Assembly: GCF_964355755.1 (NCBI RefSeq)
Contig: NC_092671.1
Coordinates: 12,338,001-12,402,000, forward strand
DNA length: 64,000 nt
Source of the DNA: Antedon mediterranea
Lineage: Eukaryota; Animalia; Echinodermata
Direction of reading: 5' to 3'
The notes beneath the pieces were generated by a model. The model was not told the DNA's origin and did not search any database. It saw nothing but the letters and a program-made list of their open reading frames with translations. The position numbers and the translations under genes are program-made. Below are positions 1 through 10,500 of this stretch, in pieces. Every line of letters begins with the position of its first letter. Within the stretch, counting starts at the first letter, position 1.

Positions 1-8
1 CAACTTAC

Positions 9-77
9 CGCCACCTCGAAGTCTTCGTCTTCACAGTCCATCAGATCACCTCCCTGTTGGTCTTCCTCTGCAGCGGT
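9..77 (-). CDS. Ankyrin-repeat gene, coding exon 9 (TAAEEDQQGGDLMDCEDEDFEVA), acidic linker; gene continues off the left edge
   Basis: tttctacag acceptor and gtaagt donor on the minus strand; 69 nt, phase 0, open frame. Confidence 0.8.
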
Positions 78-483
78 CTGTAGAAACCGGTTTATATACT
101 CCAATCAATACTAGTAATTATTACTGCATTTTTATCTAAATAATTATTATGTCGAATATTTCACCTAGTGTTCTTACAAGTCGTTGTTATAATACGTGGT
201 TTAAAGTGAGATTTGCAATCGGAACTGGCGTCTGCATAATAATTATTAAGTAAAATATTCCGAATTTATTTACTCTCATTACTCTCATGATCGATACTGG
301 TTTTTTATCGTCGATAATTTCTATCTCTCTTCCTCCCCACGTTGCACATTTCTGTTAGACTATTTCGTTTCACAGTTTTAATGATATTTTGTTAAATATA
401 AATGTAACTGTTGTCATCTTAGATAATTAATTTCAAATAAAACTTCGATGTTAATTATTTAATAATAAATAACAAATGTTCAC

Positions 484-549
484 CTCGATTGTCCCTACTG
501 TGTTTCCGTTCGAATCTGCTTCTTCTTTTGCATCTTTGGTCTTGTGATG
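484..549 (-). CDS. Ankyrin-repeat gene, coding exon 8 (HHKTKDAKEEADSNGNTVGTIE)
   Basis: ttaatag acceptor, gtgaac donor, 66 nt, phase 0, open frame. Confidence 0.75.
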
Positions 550-599
550 CTATTAAATGATGATATTCAATATTAATATAGTTTAAAAATGCATTTTAA

Positions 600-800
600 A
601 GGCCAACTCAGACAGGTCTGACGAGTCGTCTCGTCGGGAGATAATTAAACATGTTTAAGGTTCTCGCGACGACGACCTAAAAACTACGCCCGACGCTATC
701 TCAAGACGACTTGTCTCGTCGGGATTCAACTCACCAGACAGCACCGATGAGTCAAGACTTTTCGTCCGTCCTCGTCGTACGACGCTGTATGAGTTGTCCT
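600..800. mobile_element. PIF/Harbinger-like MITE (~200 bp)
   Basis: Imperfect TIRs aggccaactcagacag / ctgtatgagttgtcct; flanks TAA and TAC; CpG-rich with internal cgacg/cgtcg repeats. Confidence 0.65.
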
Positions 801-885
801 TACGACAACGTTTCGGAAGACGCAGACCGAAAAATAGAAAAGGTTCGAATTTTGTGACATATTAATTGTGACGTTAAACTATTAA

Positions 886-1174
886 AGATTGGTTCCCACT
901 AGCGACGTAAGAAAATGCCCTTCCAATACAGTAATTCTGTTTTCCCCCGCCTGCGTGAAATCAAACATGCGATGTTTGCAGTATTGTTGATTGAATTGAT
1001 TGAAATATATATTTATACTGGGTAACCTCTTCAGTCAAAGACTGGTCTCCCAGAGGGCCCAGTTGGTGATCAGTGGCTGTGATGTACTAATAGGCCTACA
1101 CCGGGGTAACTCCTTACTCGTCTCGAAAGATGTACTAGGTTCTTTAAAGTGCACATGAGCTATATGTGTACACT

Positions 1175-1207
<33 letters not shown>

Positions 1208-1400
1208 TTCGTTCTACCACCAGAACCATGGAGTGAGTGAGCCTCGAACTCCTGCCGATGTTATGGCTACGTAATGACGGTTCCACTGTCTTAACCGCTC
1301 GGCCATTCACTCACTGCTTGCTTCGTAATTACGCAATACAGCACTTTGCGTCAATACGTCGTACGTTGCGTTACGTTGCGTCGCTAGTGGGAACCACACT
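886..1400. mobile_element. Harbinger-like MITE (ggttcccactagcgacg ends) interrupted by a SINE; same family as 53843-54021
   Basis: Inverted ends ggttcccactagcgacg / cgtcgctagtgggaacc, shared with the 53843 copy; TAA/TTA flanks. Confidence 0.7.
1008..1312 (-). mobile_element. tRNA-derived SINE with a Deu-domain-like core
   Basis: Minus strand: A box TGGCCGAGCGG, B box GTTCGAGGC, core gataaggactataaaccgtaggtcc...ttcgagacgagtaaggagttaccccggtgt, AT-rich tail; partial copies at 32950-33130 and 42653-42700. Confidence 0.8.
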
Positions 1401-1544
1401 TTAATACAGTAGTTTGTTTAGTTTAACGTCACAGTTTATATGTCCCAAAAGTCGAGTCTTTTCTATTTTTCGGTCTGCGTCTTCCACCTTCACATCACTT
1501 AAAACTTTCTCATGGTTATATGGTACGGGGTATGGTATTATTAC

Positions 1545-1664
1545 CTCTATATGCTGCTTCTTCAATGTGTCGTCAATCAGTTGTGTGATTTCATCCAGGT
1601 CCTTCTTAATAGATAAAGTACGAGCCGTTTCATTTACTGGTTCACCTCCTGACTTGTCTTCACA
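1545..1664 (-). CDS. Ankyrin-repeat gene, coding exon 7 (CEDKSGGEPVNETARTLSIKKDLDEITQLIDDTLKKQHIE)
   Basis: cttttatag acceptor, gtaata donor, 120 nt, phase 0; parallels exon 2667-2762. Confidence 0.8.
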
Positions 1665-1954
1665 CTATAAAAGAGATGACGATATTTACACCATGTTATA
1701 TTATACGATTGTAAACACTGGCTGCCGTCGAATTAGACCTATCGATTGGACCGTATTAAAACGTTACCTGTATATCCGAAATTGAGAAAATAAATATAAA
1801 TAGATCAGTATCCATGGATATGATGCACACCGTGTATTCACAGTTGACTTTAAGCTTTTAGTATCTAATTGATTTACGGATAGGTAACTTGCTGTTATGA
1901 GAACAATAATATTATCATCAACATTTTGTTGTAGTGTTGTAAACGTTTTCCAAC

Positions 1955-2074
1955 CTGAATGGTATAAGTAAGATTCGCTTCTTTCTCAATCAGGAATCTG
2001 GCAACATTTATGGAACCATAACAAATGGCCAGCATTACAAGACTTGCGTTTGGAAGGTCTGGTTGGTCGGGATC
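1955..2074 (-). CDS. Ankyrin-repeat gene, coding exon 6 (DPDQPDLPNASLVMLAICYGSINVARFLIEKEANLTYTIQ)
   Basis: tttttctag acceptor, gttgg donor; ankyrin pattern L.MLA...G...VA.FLIEK.A.L. Confidence 0.85.
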
Positions 2075-2312
2075 CTAGAAAAATAAATAAAATCGCGTCA
2101 TGAATTAAGATTGATTCATTAACTATAGGAATTTAAAATAACTTTATTAGTGTAATGTTACGTAACGAACCACAATGATTTACCGTGCGTAAAAATAACC
2201 ACTACAATTCTACAACTAAATTAACGATAGTAAAAATTAAATTTAAGATGTCAATTCCTATGGTTGCGCACTACAGTGTGCGTCTGTTTGGGCTGTTTGT
2301 TATTTTACTAAC

Positions 2313-2399
2313 CATGAGCTTGACGTTGATATTTGCACCTTTTTCAATTGCTACTTCTGCGTTTTCCACAATGTCACTTTTCGCAGCTGCTATAAGCTC
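2313..2399 (-). CDS. Ankyrin-repeat gene, coding exon 5 (ELIAAAKSDIVENAEVAIEKGANINVKLM)
   Basis: ctttttag acceptor, gttagt donor; ankyrin motif L..AA.......V.IEKGANIN. Confidence 0.85.
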
Positions 2400-2666
2400 C
2401 TAAAAAGTAAACACATCAATATGAATATATGATTAAATATTGAATATGTTTGATGATATCGTATATAATATGAATGGAAGGAAGATACGGACAAATTGAT
2501 GAGTGAATTAATGGATAAACAAATGGGTTGTTAAATGAATCAATGTAGAGATAAATGTAAACAGCTAAAGCAGAATACAATTGTGAAAGTGTAGGTCTGT
2601 GGATCTATGACATTAACATAACATTGGCGCGGCAGAAGTTGGATAGACTAAGGCAAAATTACGTAC

Positions 2667-2762
2667 TTCGTTTGCAGACTGTTTGGTCTCAATGAGATCT
2701 GCTAATGAATCCATTTCTTTTTCTTTGGCAAGTTGGACCATGGTTTTCTCCGTCTTATCAAT
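2667..2762 (-). CDS. Ankyrin-repeat gene, coding exon 4 (IDKTEKTMVQLAKEKEMDSLADLIETKQSANE)
   Basis: ctttcaacag acceptor, gtacgt donor, 96 nt, phase 0; capping-repeat-like T..QLA......LADLI. Confidence 0.8.
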
Positions 2763-2999
2763 CTGTTGAAAGAAATTTAATAGACACTATGGTGTAGGTC
2801 AATCATCAGTCGTCGACAAATGTTTTTTTAAAACCTGCAATAGCGTGACGTTACACGATATTTAATTACTTTAGGCCTACTATACATTTTTATTTAGTAT
2901 AGCATATCCAAAAATCACTTGTTGTACTGTGTTGAATTTTAGTTTTGGATTTGATGCTGTATTGGAAGAGTGAGGTTTAACTCTGTTTGTAATACGTAC

Positions 3000-3110
3000 A
3001 GTTACGCAGCATGTCAGGTCTGCTCCCCTGTCGACCAGCATTCGTGCAATCTCTTCATTCTTATTTTCAATGGCTAGCATAAGCAGAGTTTTCTTGCTTA
3101 AGTATCCACC
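3000..3110 (-). CDS. Ankyrin-repeat gene, coding exon 3 (GGYLSKKTLLMLAIENKNEEIARMLVDRGADLTCCVT)
   Basis: tttcattag acceptor, gtacgt donor; canonical ankyrin TLLMLA....NEEIARMLVDRGAD. Confidence 0.9.
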
Positions 3111-3283
3111 CTAATGAAACAATACAGTTATTCAATTAGTGACATATTTTGATACAGCGGTATAGATATTATGTCATCACATTACGGGACGGATACACCG
3201 CTGCTATACTAAGTCCAGCAAAATTATAATGACGGGGTCTATTATTTTATAATTATAAGAAACAATCGATATTTGTAACCTAC

Positions 3284-3367
3284 CTGACTTTCATCTACAT
3301 CGGCACCTTCATCTAGGTATTTTTCAGTATTGGATTTGTCTCCTTTAATCACAGAGTCGATAACATC
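3284..3367 (-). CDS. Ankyrin-repeat gene, coding exon 2 (DVIDSVIKGDKSNTEKYLDEGADVDESQ)
   Basis: tgtgtag acceptor, gtagg donor; ankyrin-like G......YLDEGADVD. Confidence 0.85.
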
Positions 3368-3467
3368 CTACACAACATAAATGTGATTTAAAGTTAATGT
3401 CAGGTTTACCTGAATCGCATTCTTCTAGTTTACAAAAATAGATATTTAGAATTTTAACATACAATAC

Positions 3468-3506
3468 CTCTCTGAGCCTCTGTTTGACGCTCCAGTTACC
3501 AGACAT
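3468..3506 (-). CDS. Ankyrin-repeat gene, first coding segment (MSGNWSVKQRLRE); full exon 3468-3538 includes 5'UTR
   Basis: ttttttttag acceptor at 3539-3540, aagATGt start context, gtattg donor, phase 0 joins the next exon. Confidence 0.7.
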
Positions 3507-4709
3507 CTTTAGATTAACATCGGCGTAAGTCTTCACAACTAAAAAAAATAGAATTGAAAAGTCATCTCATGATATAAAAAACCATGTACATCCAGAGAAT
3601 GTGACATTCGATTGTCAGAAACTGTGAAATCTATTTGTTATTTCCAAATTTAATCTGTCTGACGTCATTCAATATTCTCATTTATTATAGCAGGGAGTTG
3701 TTATTAGAACTCACTGATTATAGTAGTCGATGAAGTATGTGTTCAGTGTCATTTTAAATGCATTGACATTCGATTCAAACTACTTAAATGAAGTGATTGA
3801 CAATTCAATGCAATTATATTAGAAGTTTGCGCTATAGCAAGCCAAATAAACCGATTGTGAAGTATGAATTTTAAATGTAATAAATTCAAGTTATACCGTA
3901 TGGGTCTCACCAAATAGAAATTAATTTAAATTCGATTTGAATTAGGTGATTGACATCGATAGCAATAAAGATACGTATTTGCGATATAATGCACGCCTTA
4001 ATAAAGCAACTATGAACTAATTTATTTAAATAAATTGAATACTTCAACAAGTATGATCAGGTATCAGATGTCTTGTTTAAACTCTACATTTAAATTGGAA
4101 AGATCAGGTTCATAAACCACGGTCTCCTCCGTGAGCTGGTTATATTGTTGTTATATTTACAACCGGTACCACCCGGCAGGGTTCTACGACACCAATGTCA
4201 TTGAGTACATGGTATTAGCTTGCCAATATTTTTTTTGTCTAGCAGAAATAATTTAAAATCCGTTTTAAATTAAAATAAATCAATAGCGTACTAGGCATAT
4301 CTCAGTTGTGATTGTGCAGTTACATACATTTTATGTACTGACGCCCATTAAGTTGAAAATTCTAATACACGGAGTTTTTATACTTCTTCATAGTTAACGG
4401 AAGTATACGCAGTAGGCCTACTTGGGATACTCACACATTGGCAGTACTTTTAATAAACAAACTTCAATGAATGACTTATGAAAACAAAGCCACAATAGGT
4501 GCTTCATAACGATGGATGTTTATTCTTGAAATTTCAGGACTACAATTTGAACAATGACCTACCGACCTATTGTTAACGCATGTAGTAACCATGATTAAAG
4601 TTATATAATACTCCACACACAGTATATTTCACAATATAGCGTACTTCTGTAGGGGAGGCTATGTAAGCTGTTACCTAAAACATTCGTTGTCCCTATATAT
4701 AATACTTAC

Positions 4710-4737
4710 GATGTACTGTAATATTTAACTAGAATTC
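4710..4737 (-). other. Candidate 28-nt 5'UTR exon of the ankyrin gene
   Basis: tatttccag acceptor and gtaagtat donor on the minus strand. Confidence 0.4.
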
Positions 4738-5496
4738 CTGGAAATAGTCAATATAAGAAGTTGTTTGACACGTTTTGAAGCTATGTATTAAACCAAACGT
4801 GTTTATAGTAACCCTGGCCACAGTATAACGCTTGAATAAGCTCCGTACAAAGATTGGTCGATTGACTGAACACATACTGTTCATAATAAACACAATACGA
4901 TTTAAAGTCATTATGACGTCATTAATACCCTGCTTGCAGGACTGAGTCAATATGTTTTAAGTGCTTGTAAATTTTGATGGCGGTATAAATTTTAGACTGA
5001 CGTCACATAGTTGGTTCGTTTGCTTTTCGATTAGCCTAGATTTTATAATGCTTTAACATTAGGGTGGCTTATTCATAGATTCGATACACCCACAAGCAGC
5101 TAATTGTTTCAAATAATTTAGTTTTACATAATCTCAGTTTGTTTTGCTTTAATAATTAATAGGACGATAGACGGAGTACCTCCTAACCACTATACCACAA
5201 CCACCACAACCTACAATCGGTCATAGTACGTTGAACCCGAGTTCAACGATGATCCTAATTATCGCTTTATCTCGTATTTACTTTATACCAAATAATAATA
5301 GCAATATGATTTTCCTAGTTTAAAGTCGCTCTAAAATAACTTTACTGATTCACGAGTATCCATATTTATTGTTATTTTATATGCAACTAACACCAGAAAA
5401 CCTAAGATAAAGTTAAAACAATAAAGTAGGCCTAGTAGTAGGACTTACTGAGTATTTTGCATATCATTGGCACAAATTGTTAATAAAGAGACTTAC

Positions 5497-5580
5497 AAGA
5501 TCAGAATCGTTGCGTTGTCGTGGGTCTGCTTTCCGCAGATGAATTTGGAAAACAAAAAACAATATTGTAGCTGTTCGTGA
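5497..5580 (-). other. Candidate non-coding first exon of the ankyrin gene (5' end approximate)
   Basis: Consensus gtaagt donor at 5491-5496 (minus strand) closing a CpG-richer segment. Confidence 0.45.
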
Positions 5581-5694
5581 AAATTAAGGTAACGCTTTTA
5601 CCATCAATATTTTAATTTCAACAACAAATATTTGCAATCACTCTGCATTTGTACAAACAAATATATTATTTATTTGTTTAAACTTAAACCTTTT

Positions 5695-6350
5695 ATACCG
5701 ATGGCCGATACCAAATGGAGCGACAAAACTCGCAAAGACAAAGAAAACCACTGGGAATTACTACTTAAAACCACAAAACCTTTTGGACTTAACATTAGGA
5801 ACACACTCCCAGATCGGTAAAATTATTCCATTGACTACCAAAATTTAAGTTTCAATATTAACCACCATTTTAGCTTTTTTTAGTTCCATTCCAAAATTGT
5901 GTATATCTCTACCAAGCTACATTCTTTGTTTTCTACTCTTATTCAGTCTCCACCCACTATTCAACACGCTGTTTCTATTGTTATATTTCTTTTATTCCTG
6001 TCCACCCAGGCAGCACTTGCCAACTCATATGCTATACTTTATCTAAATTCCCTCACTTGCACTGATGAAGGGCTAGCCCGAAAGCTCTGCTAACTTTTCT
6101 GGCTCTTTACTTTATCGTTTTGATTTAGCTTTTCGCTTTTTTTTTGTATCTCCATTGAGATCCAGCCACTGATACCCACAGCATTGTCATTTTTGTCAGT
6201 AATTTGCCTTTGGATGTATACAATTATATATAAATCAAAAGACAAATTAATGAAAAATGACAATGCTGTCACGTGGGTAAATCAAAACGATAAGTGAAAC
6301 AGCCAGAACAAATTTGTAGAGATTTCGAGTAATATTCCTTCCTCAGTGCC
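5695..6350 (+). mobile_element. Penelope-like retroelement remnant: GIY-YIG C-terminus, 3'UTR, hammerhead-bearing pLTR and an inverted pLTR copy
   Basis: Peptide RKDKENHWELLLKTTKPFGLN fits the R..E..W...L.T..P.GLN end of PLE GIY-YIG endonucleases; CTGATGA..GAAA follows at 6062-6083; 6241-6350 is a diverged reverse complement of 6059-6215. Confidence 0.75.
6057..6092 (+). ncRNA. Minimal type I hammerhead ribozyme
   Basis: GCA-CTGATGA-A-GGGC-TA-GCCC-GAAA-GCTC-TGC: core boxes, stem II, palindromic AGCT stem III, CUC cleavage triplet, stem I GCA/TGC. Confidence 0.75.
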
Positions 6351-6651
6351 ACAAAACACACTCGAGAACAATACAATAAAATAATAAATGATATAAAATA
6401 ATTATAGAGATACAGTCGGTTCTATAAAAAAATATGTTAGAGCGACACCAATACTTTAGATAAGTACGGTAGGCTCAAACTTAGCTACACACTGGTAATG
6501 ATGCCTTGTTATGATAACGACTGCGATAACGTCTACGTATTATCACTATCGGCGGTAGAGTATGGCTGCTGCCTAGCCTATGTTTTTGTTATGAATACCA
6601 TTCAATTATGACTGATTATTGACAGTTTTTTACCTTCCACACTCATGAAAA

Positions 6652-6718
6652 ATGAGTTCGGAAGAGTTTGGATTAGGTGCTACTGGTGGGATAGGGTCTC
6701 CTGTCCGAAAATGTTCAG
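6652..6718 (+). CDS. trio: Trio/Kalirin RhoGEF, first coding exon (MSSEEFGLGATGGIGSPVRKCS-G)
   Basis: aaaATG start, CAG|gtaagt donor, phase 1 matching the phase of exon 12945. Confidence 0.7.
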
Positions 6719-7397
6719 GTAAGTATAATAAATAAAGGCAAAATATACCTTATCTGAATTGAATTATTGGGTTCACCATCGCCGATCGTCTGCCTGGGAG
6801 CATGTACAATAAGCACGGTCTAACCCTTTGTTGTGTTGGGTTAAGTGCAACCTAGGCCTAGTAAGGTCTTGGTGAACAATGGGGTGTATGTGGGTTTCTG
6901 GGGTGCAGTTTACCTGGAGGAGAATGGGTATAGTAAATATTTTGTCTGCTTGTGACTGGGTTATTCACTGTATACCGAGCTAGTAGTAGTGGTGGGTGTT
7001 TAAAAAAAAGACAAAGAAAATGTGACAGCAGGAGGGAGGGGGGCCTACACTGTCTGTGTAGACTAAAGAGTTAGGTTAGGTAGGCATACAGTCATTTCAG
7101 TGGATAGCTCTCTCTAGTATAATTAGTGAAATTTCACACTTATTGGCTAGGGTCCACTTTGTCACTAATTGGTGACCCGATCAAACGTCGAAATAACATT
7201 TCAAACCTTATACTTATATTTTATATCTTATATTATAGTGCCCGGTGGAGATACATTAATTAAATGTAATAATGGATTTAACTGTGAGACCCACCTTACT
7301 ATGAATGTTAATTAAAAAAAGTTAGTTAAAAAAGTTTAAAATGAACATTATCTGCTAATTTACCTGATGTTGTTCCAGCTGGACCTACAGTATAAAC

Positions 7398-7556
7398 TGT
7401 TCCGGCACGGTTTCACACCTATTTCGGTATTGCGCTGGAAAATAAAGTCAAAGGTCAATGTTTCGTTTTCATGACATTTCATTTCGTAGCCGTGTGAAAA
7501 TGAAACATTAACGGAGCCGGACAGAAAACGTGCCGGAGCAGGTGTGAAAGATGCTT
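7398..7556. repeat. MITE fragment with inverted repeats
   Basis: tgttccggcacggttt / aaacgtgccggagca inverted pair; ttcacacct / aggtgtgaa. Confidence 0.45.
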
Positions 7557-10500
7557 AATTGAGGTCCCAATAATATTGAGATGAAATAGAATTCAAGATG
7601 TTTCCAATATTCAATAAAGAAAAATATCATCAATTGGAAAACAGTTCAATGGATTATTGTCTTAGTTTTATATTTGTAGTCGGTTTCTTTTACTGTTTTC
7701 TACAGTATGCCTATAATGTAAAATTAATTAATAGTATGCAAATTTTAAACTTTAACATATTAAATTGATTGAACAATTTTTATATAGCACATCAACATTT
7801 ACATTTTTTTGTATTTGACTTAAAATTGTTTTGAACATTTCAAGTTCATGCAAAACCATTTCAAGGTAGCAGTCATTATCAATAGTATATATTGAGGAAG
7901 TAAGAGATTTCCGACTATCATAACTTGGTTATTGATTACATTAAAACAAATTACATTTAAAGACTGAAGCGTTCCTACTGTATTGCAGTAGTACAGTAGT
8001 ATGCAGACAGTATTTGATGTATTATGTTATTATTAAATATTAAAAGCATACAATGGCTTTAAAAGTATTACTAATGTGCTTACCTTCAAGTAAGGCCTAT
8101 TCTGAAAACTGTTTACCGGTAATGCCAGTAAATTATTTTTATCATGATTATTTTCTGAAGTGAAGTATAAAGTTTGAATAGCAGATTTACAATGCGAACA
8201 GTACTGTATATGGCATAATGTAATCCAAATCTATGTACTTTTTAAGTCTAAGCTGGATTAAGTTACTGTACTCATGAGGATCTTGATTACACTCTACTGA
8301 GTGTCCTTTTCTCACAAAATACTGTAAGACCTCTGTTTTAAAATCCAACAACTTTAATACTAAAAGTATCACAAAACTCTATTAAAAAAAAATAATATAA
8401 TCTTGGCAACTTTCAAAGAGTTACTATGTACAATAGTAATATTCAATTATCTTTCAACCAACCAAGATACAGTACAGTAGTTTAAATTTAATTCCAGGTT
8501 AAATTTTTATTTTTACACTACTTACAATAAAGTGATCAGTAAAGTAACTAAATATTATAGTCAAGATATTTGAAAGACAGTTTTATGTGAGCACATCCTT
8601 TCCTGTATAGACCAATACTTATTGTAAAAAACCGCTATATGATCTACTTCAACGAGATGTAAGTGTTTAAATGTACAGTACATGAACACAGATGATAGTT
8701 TAGTTTTACAGCGTTTGGATTACAGTCACTGTACACTGAGAAAATAAGGTTTACTCTAGAACTGGACTACCGTAGATCCATATGTCAGTGTTACAGTACT
8801 TGCCACAAACTATTTAAATTAAATTAAAAGGTAACTTCATTATCAGTATACTCTAACTGTAATACAGTACAATACAAACATACAGTACTAAAAATAAATT
8901 ATATTAGCAGATCTGATAATATATTTTTAGCTAGATATGATTGAAGATTTTTATTTCTTTTCATAATTTACAAAACAACAGATAAAAATCCTTCAAGCAA
9001 AACATTGGTTCAATGTTCGATACGATTGTAACAATTGGACAATTTCCTTTAGAACTTGATCAAAATCAGAATGATTATAAAGAGCAATTGTATGTCAGTG
9101 TATCTTGTAAACGGCTGCCATTCTAGCTGTCACAATCATTTATATGTCCTGCGTTGTATTGGTATATTGTAATGAAAATAGCAAAATCCTCTTACAAGCA
9201 TACGTACACACTTTAAATTTGGTCCTGAAAAACAGTGGACATTTACGGTACAGATGAATCAACAGTAATTTGTTACAGTATAGTATTTGCTGTTTTGTAT
9301 ATTGTATAGTACTCTACTATCTGTAAATAACAATTCTTATGGGTTTGTGAAAAGAATTACTAACTGATGGATTATATCTTTTAGGACTGCTAAAAAAATC
9401 AAAAGACATTAAACTAAATATCTACCTTTAACCAATAAATATACTGGAACCCAACTATTCGTTTAAGAAATTGTACGGCCTATTTTGTTGGTAACCATAA
9501 ACATTGGATATCTTCACTGTTGTCAACAGGTTTTCCACAAAAACACCCCATATTATTTCCTACACATTTATTTGACTTAAATATAATTCATTTAAAAATT
9601 GTTTTAAAAAAAAACAGAATTACAGTAGATATTTTTTTGTCAGTGTGCCAATTATTTTCCGCAAGCTTGCATAATATTGCCTGCTGTAGACTAGGTGTCT
9701 ATTATAAAGGTGTTTGTGTTTTAAGCGTTTGCATAATTAATAACATGTAAAGTCTAATATGGTATATTAACATAATTTATAAATGGACCAATTCTTTAGA
9801 CTTTATGCAGTAATTTACTAATAATATGTAAATAACATTAAGTGTAAAGATTTAAACTTCATAGCCATTTATCATTTTTCTATGAAAAAAATATGGAAGT
9901 AAAATTGTTAAAACCAACACAAGTGCAAACATGAATACTGTAGTTGTACATGAATTAAGATCAAATTTGTGTGTAAAGTGTCAAAATAAGTGACAGATTT
10001 TGAAAATGGTAGGTACTGTAGGTGGATGGGGGAGGTGTTTGGGGTAGTGGGGCATAAATATTGAAGACTTGCTGAACTTTACCTAATGTCCTATATTTAC
10101 AGAACAAAAATCTGGCTTTATAGTTTGTTAAAAACACCATTGTGATAATAAACACATGCAGTACAGAACATGAATATACGTGTAACCATGGTGTAACGCA
10201 GTATGTCAGTGGAGAGTACAGTACTATACATGTGTGGTAGCCTACAGTATACTAGCTGGTCTAGCTTTAGTTTCAATTGACCTGGTATACTATTGAACAG
10301 CTGGCTAGCTTCTGGCTGTTTGTTGACGTTTACCCAGCAAGATGCCTATAACTTCCTACCAATATGTAATGGCACTATTGCACTATTATTAATCAATATA
10401 CAGTATTACACATCCTATTTTATAACAAATATACAGTGATATTATATTATACATGTAGTACAGTAGGATGGATTAACAACAATTGAAATGATTAAATTAA

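Larger units (their letters stand above)
5580..6545. promoter_or_regulatory. Putative bidirectional promoter region between the ankyrin gene and trio
   Basis: Divergent first exons about 1 kb apart; transcription starts inferred, not seen. Confidence 0.45.

Noticed and set aside
1414-1785. 123-aa plus-strand ORF
   Set aside because: Antisense shadow of the ankyrin gene exon 1545-1664 and its extension; non-ATG start and no recognisable motif.
2185-2403. 72-aa hydrophobic plus-strand ORF
   Set aside because: Antisense to the ankyrin exon 2313-2399.
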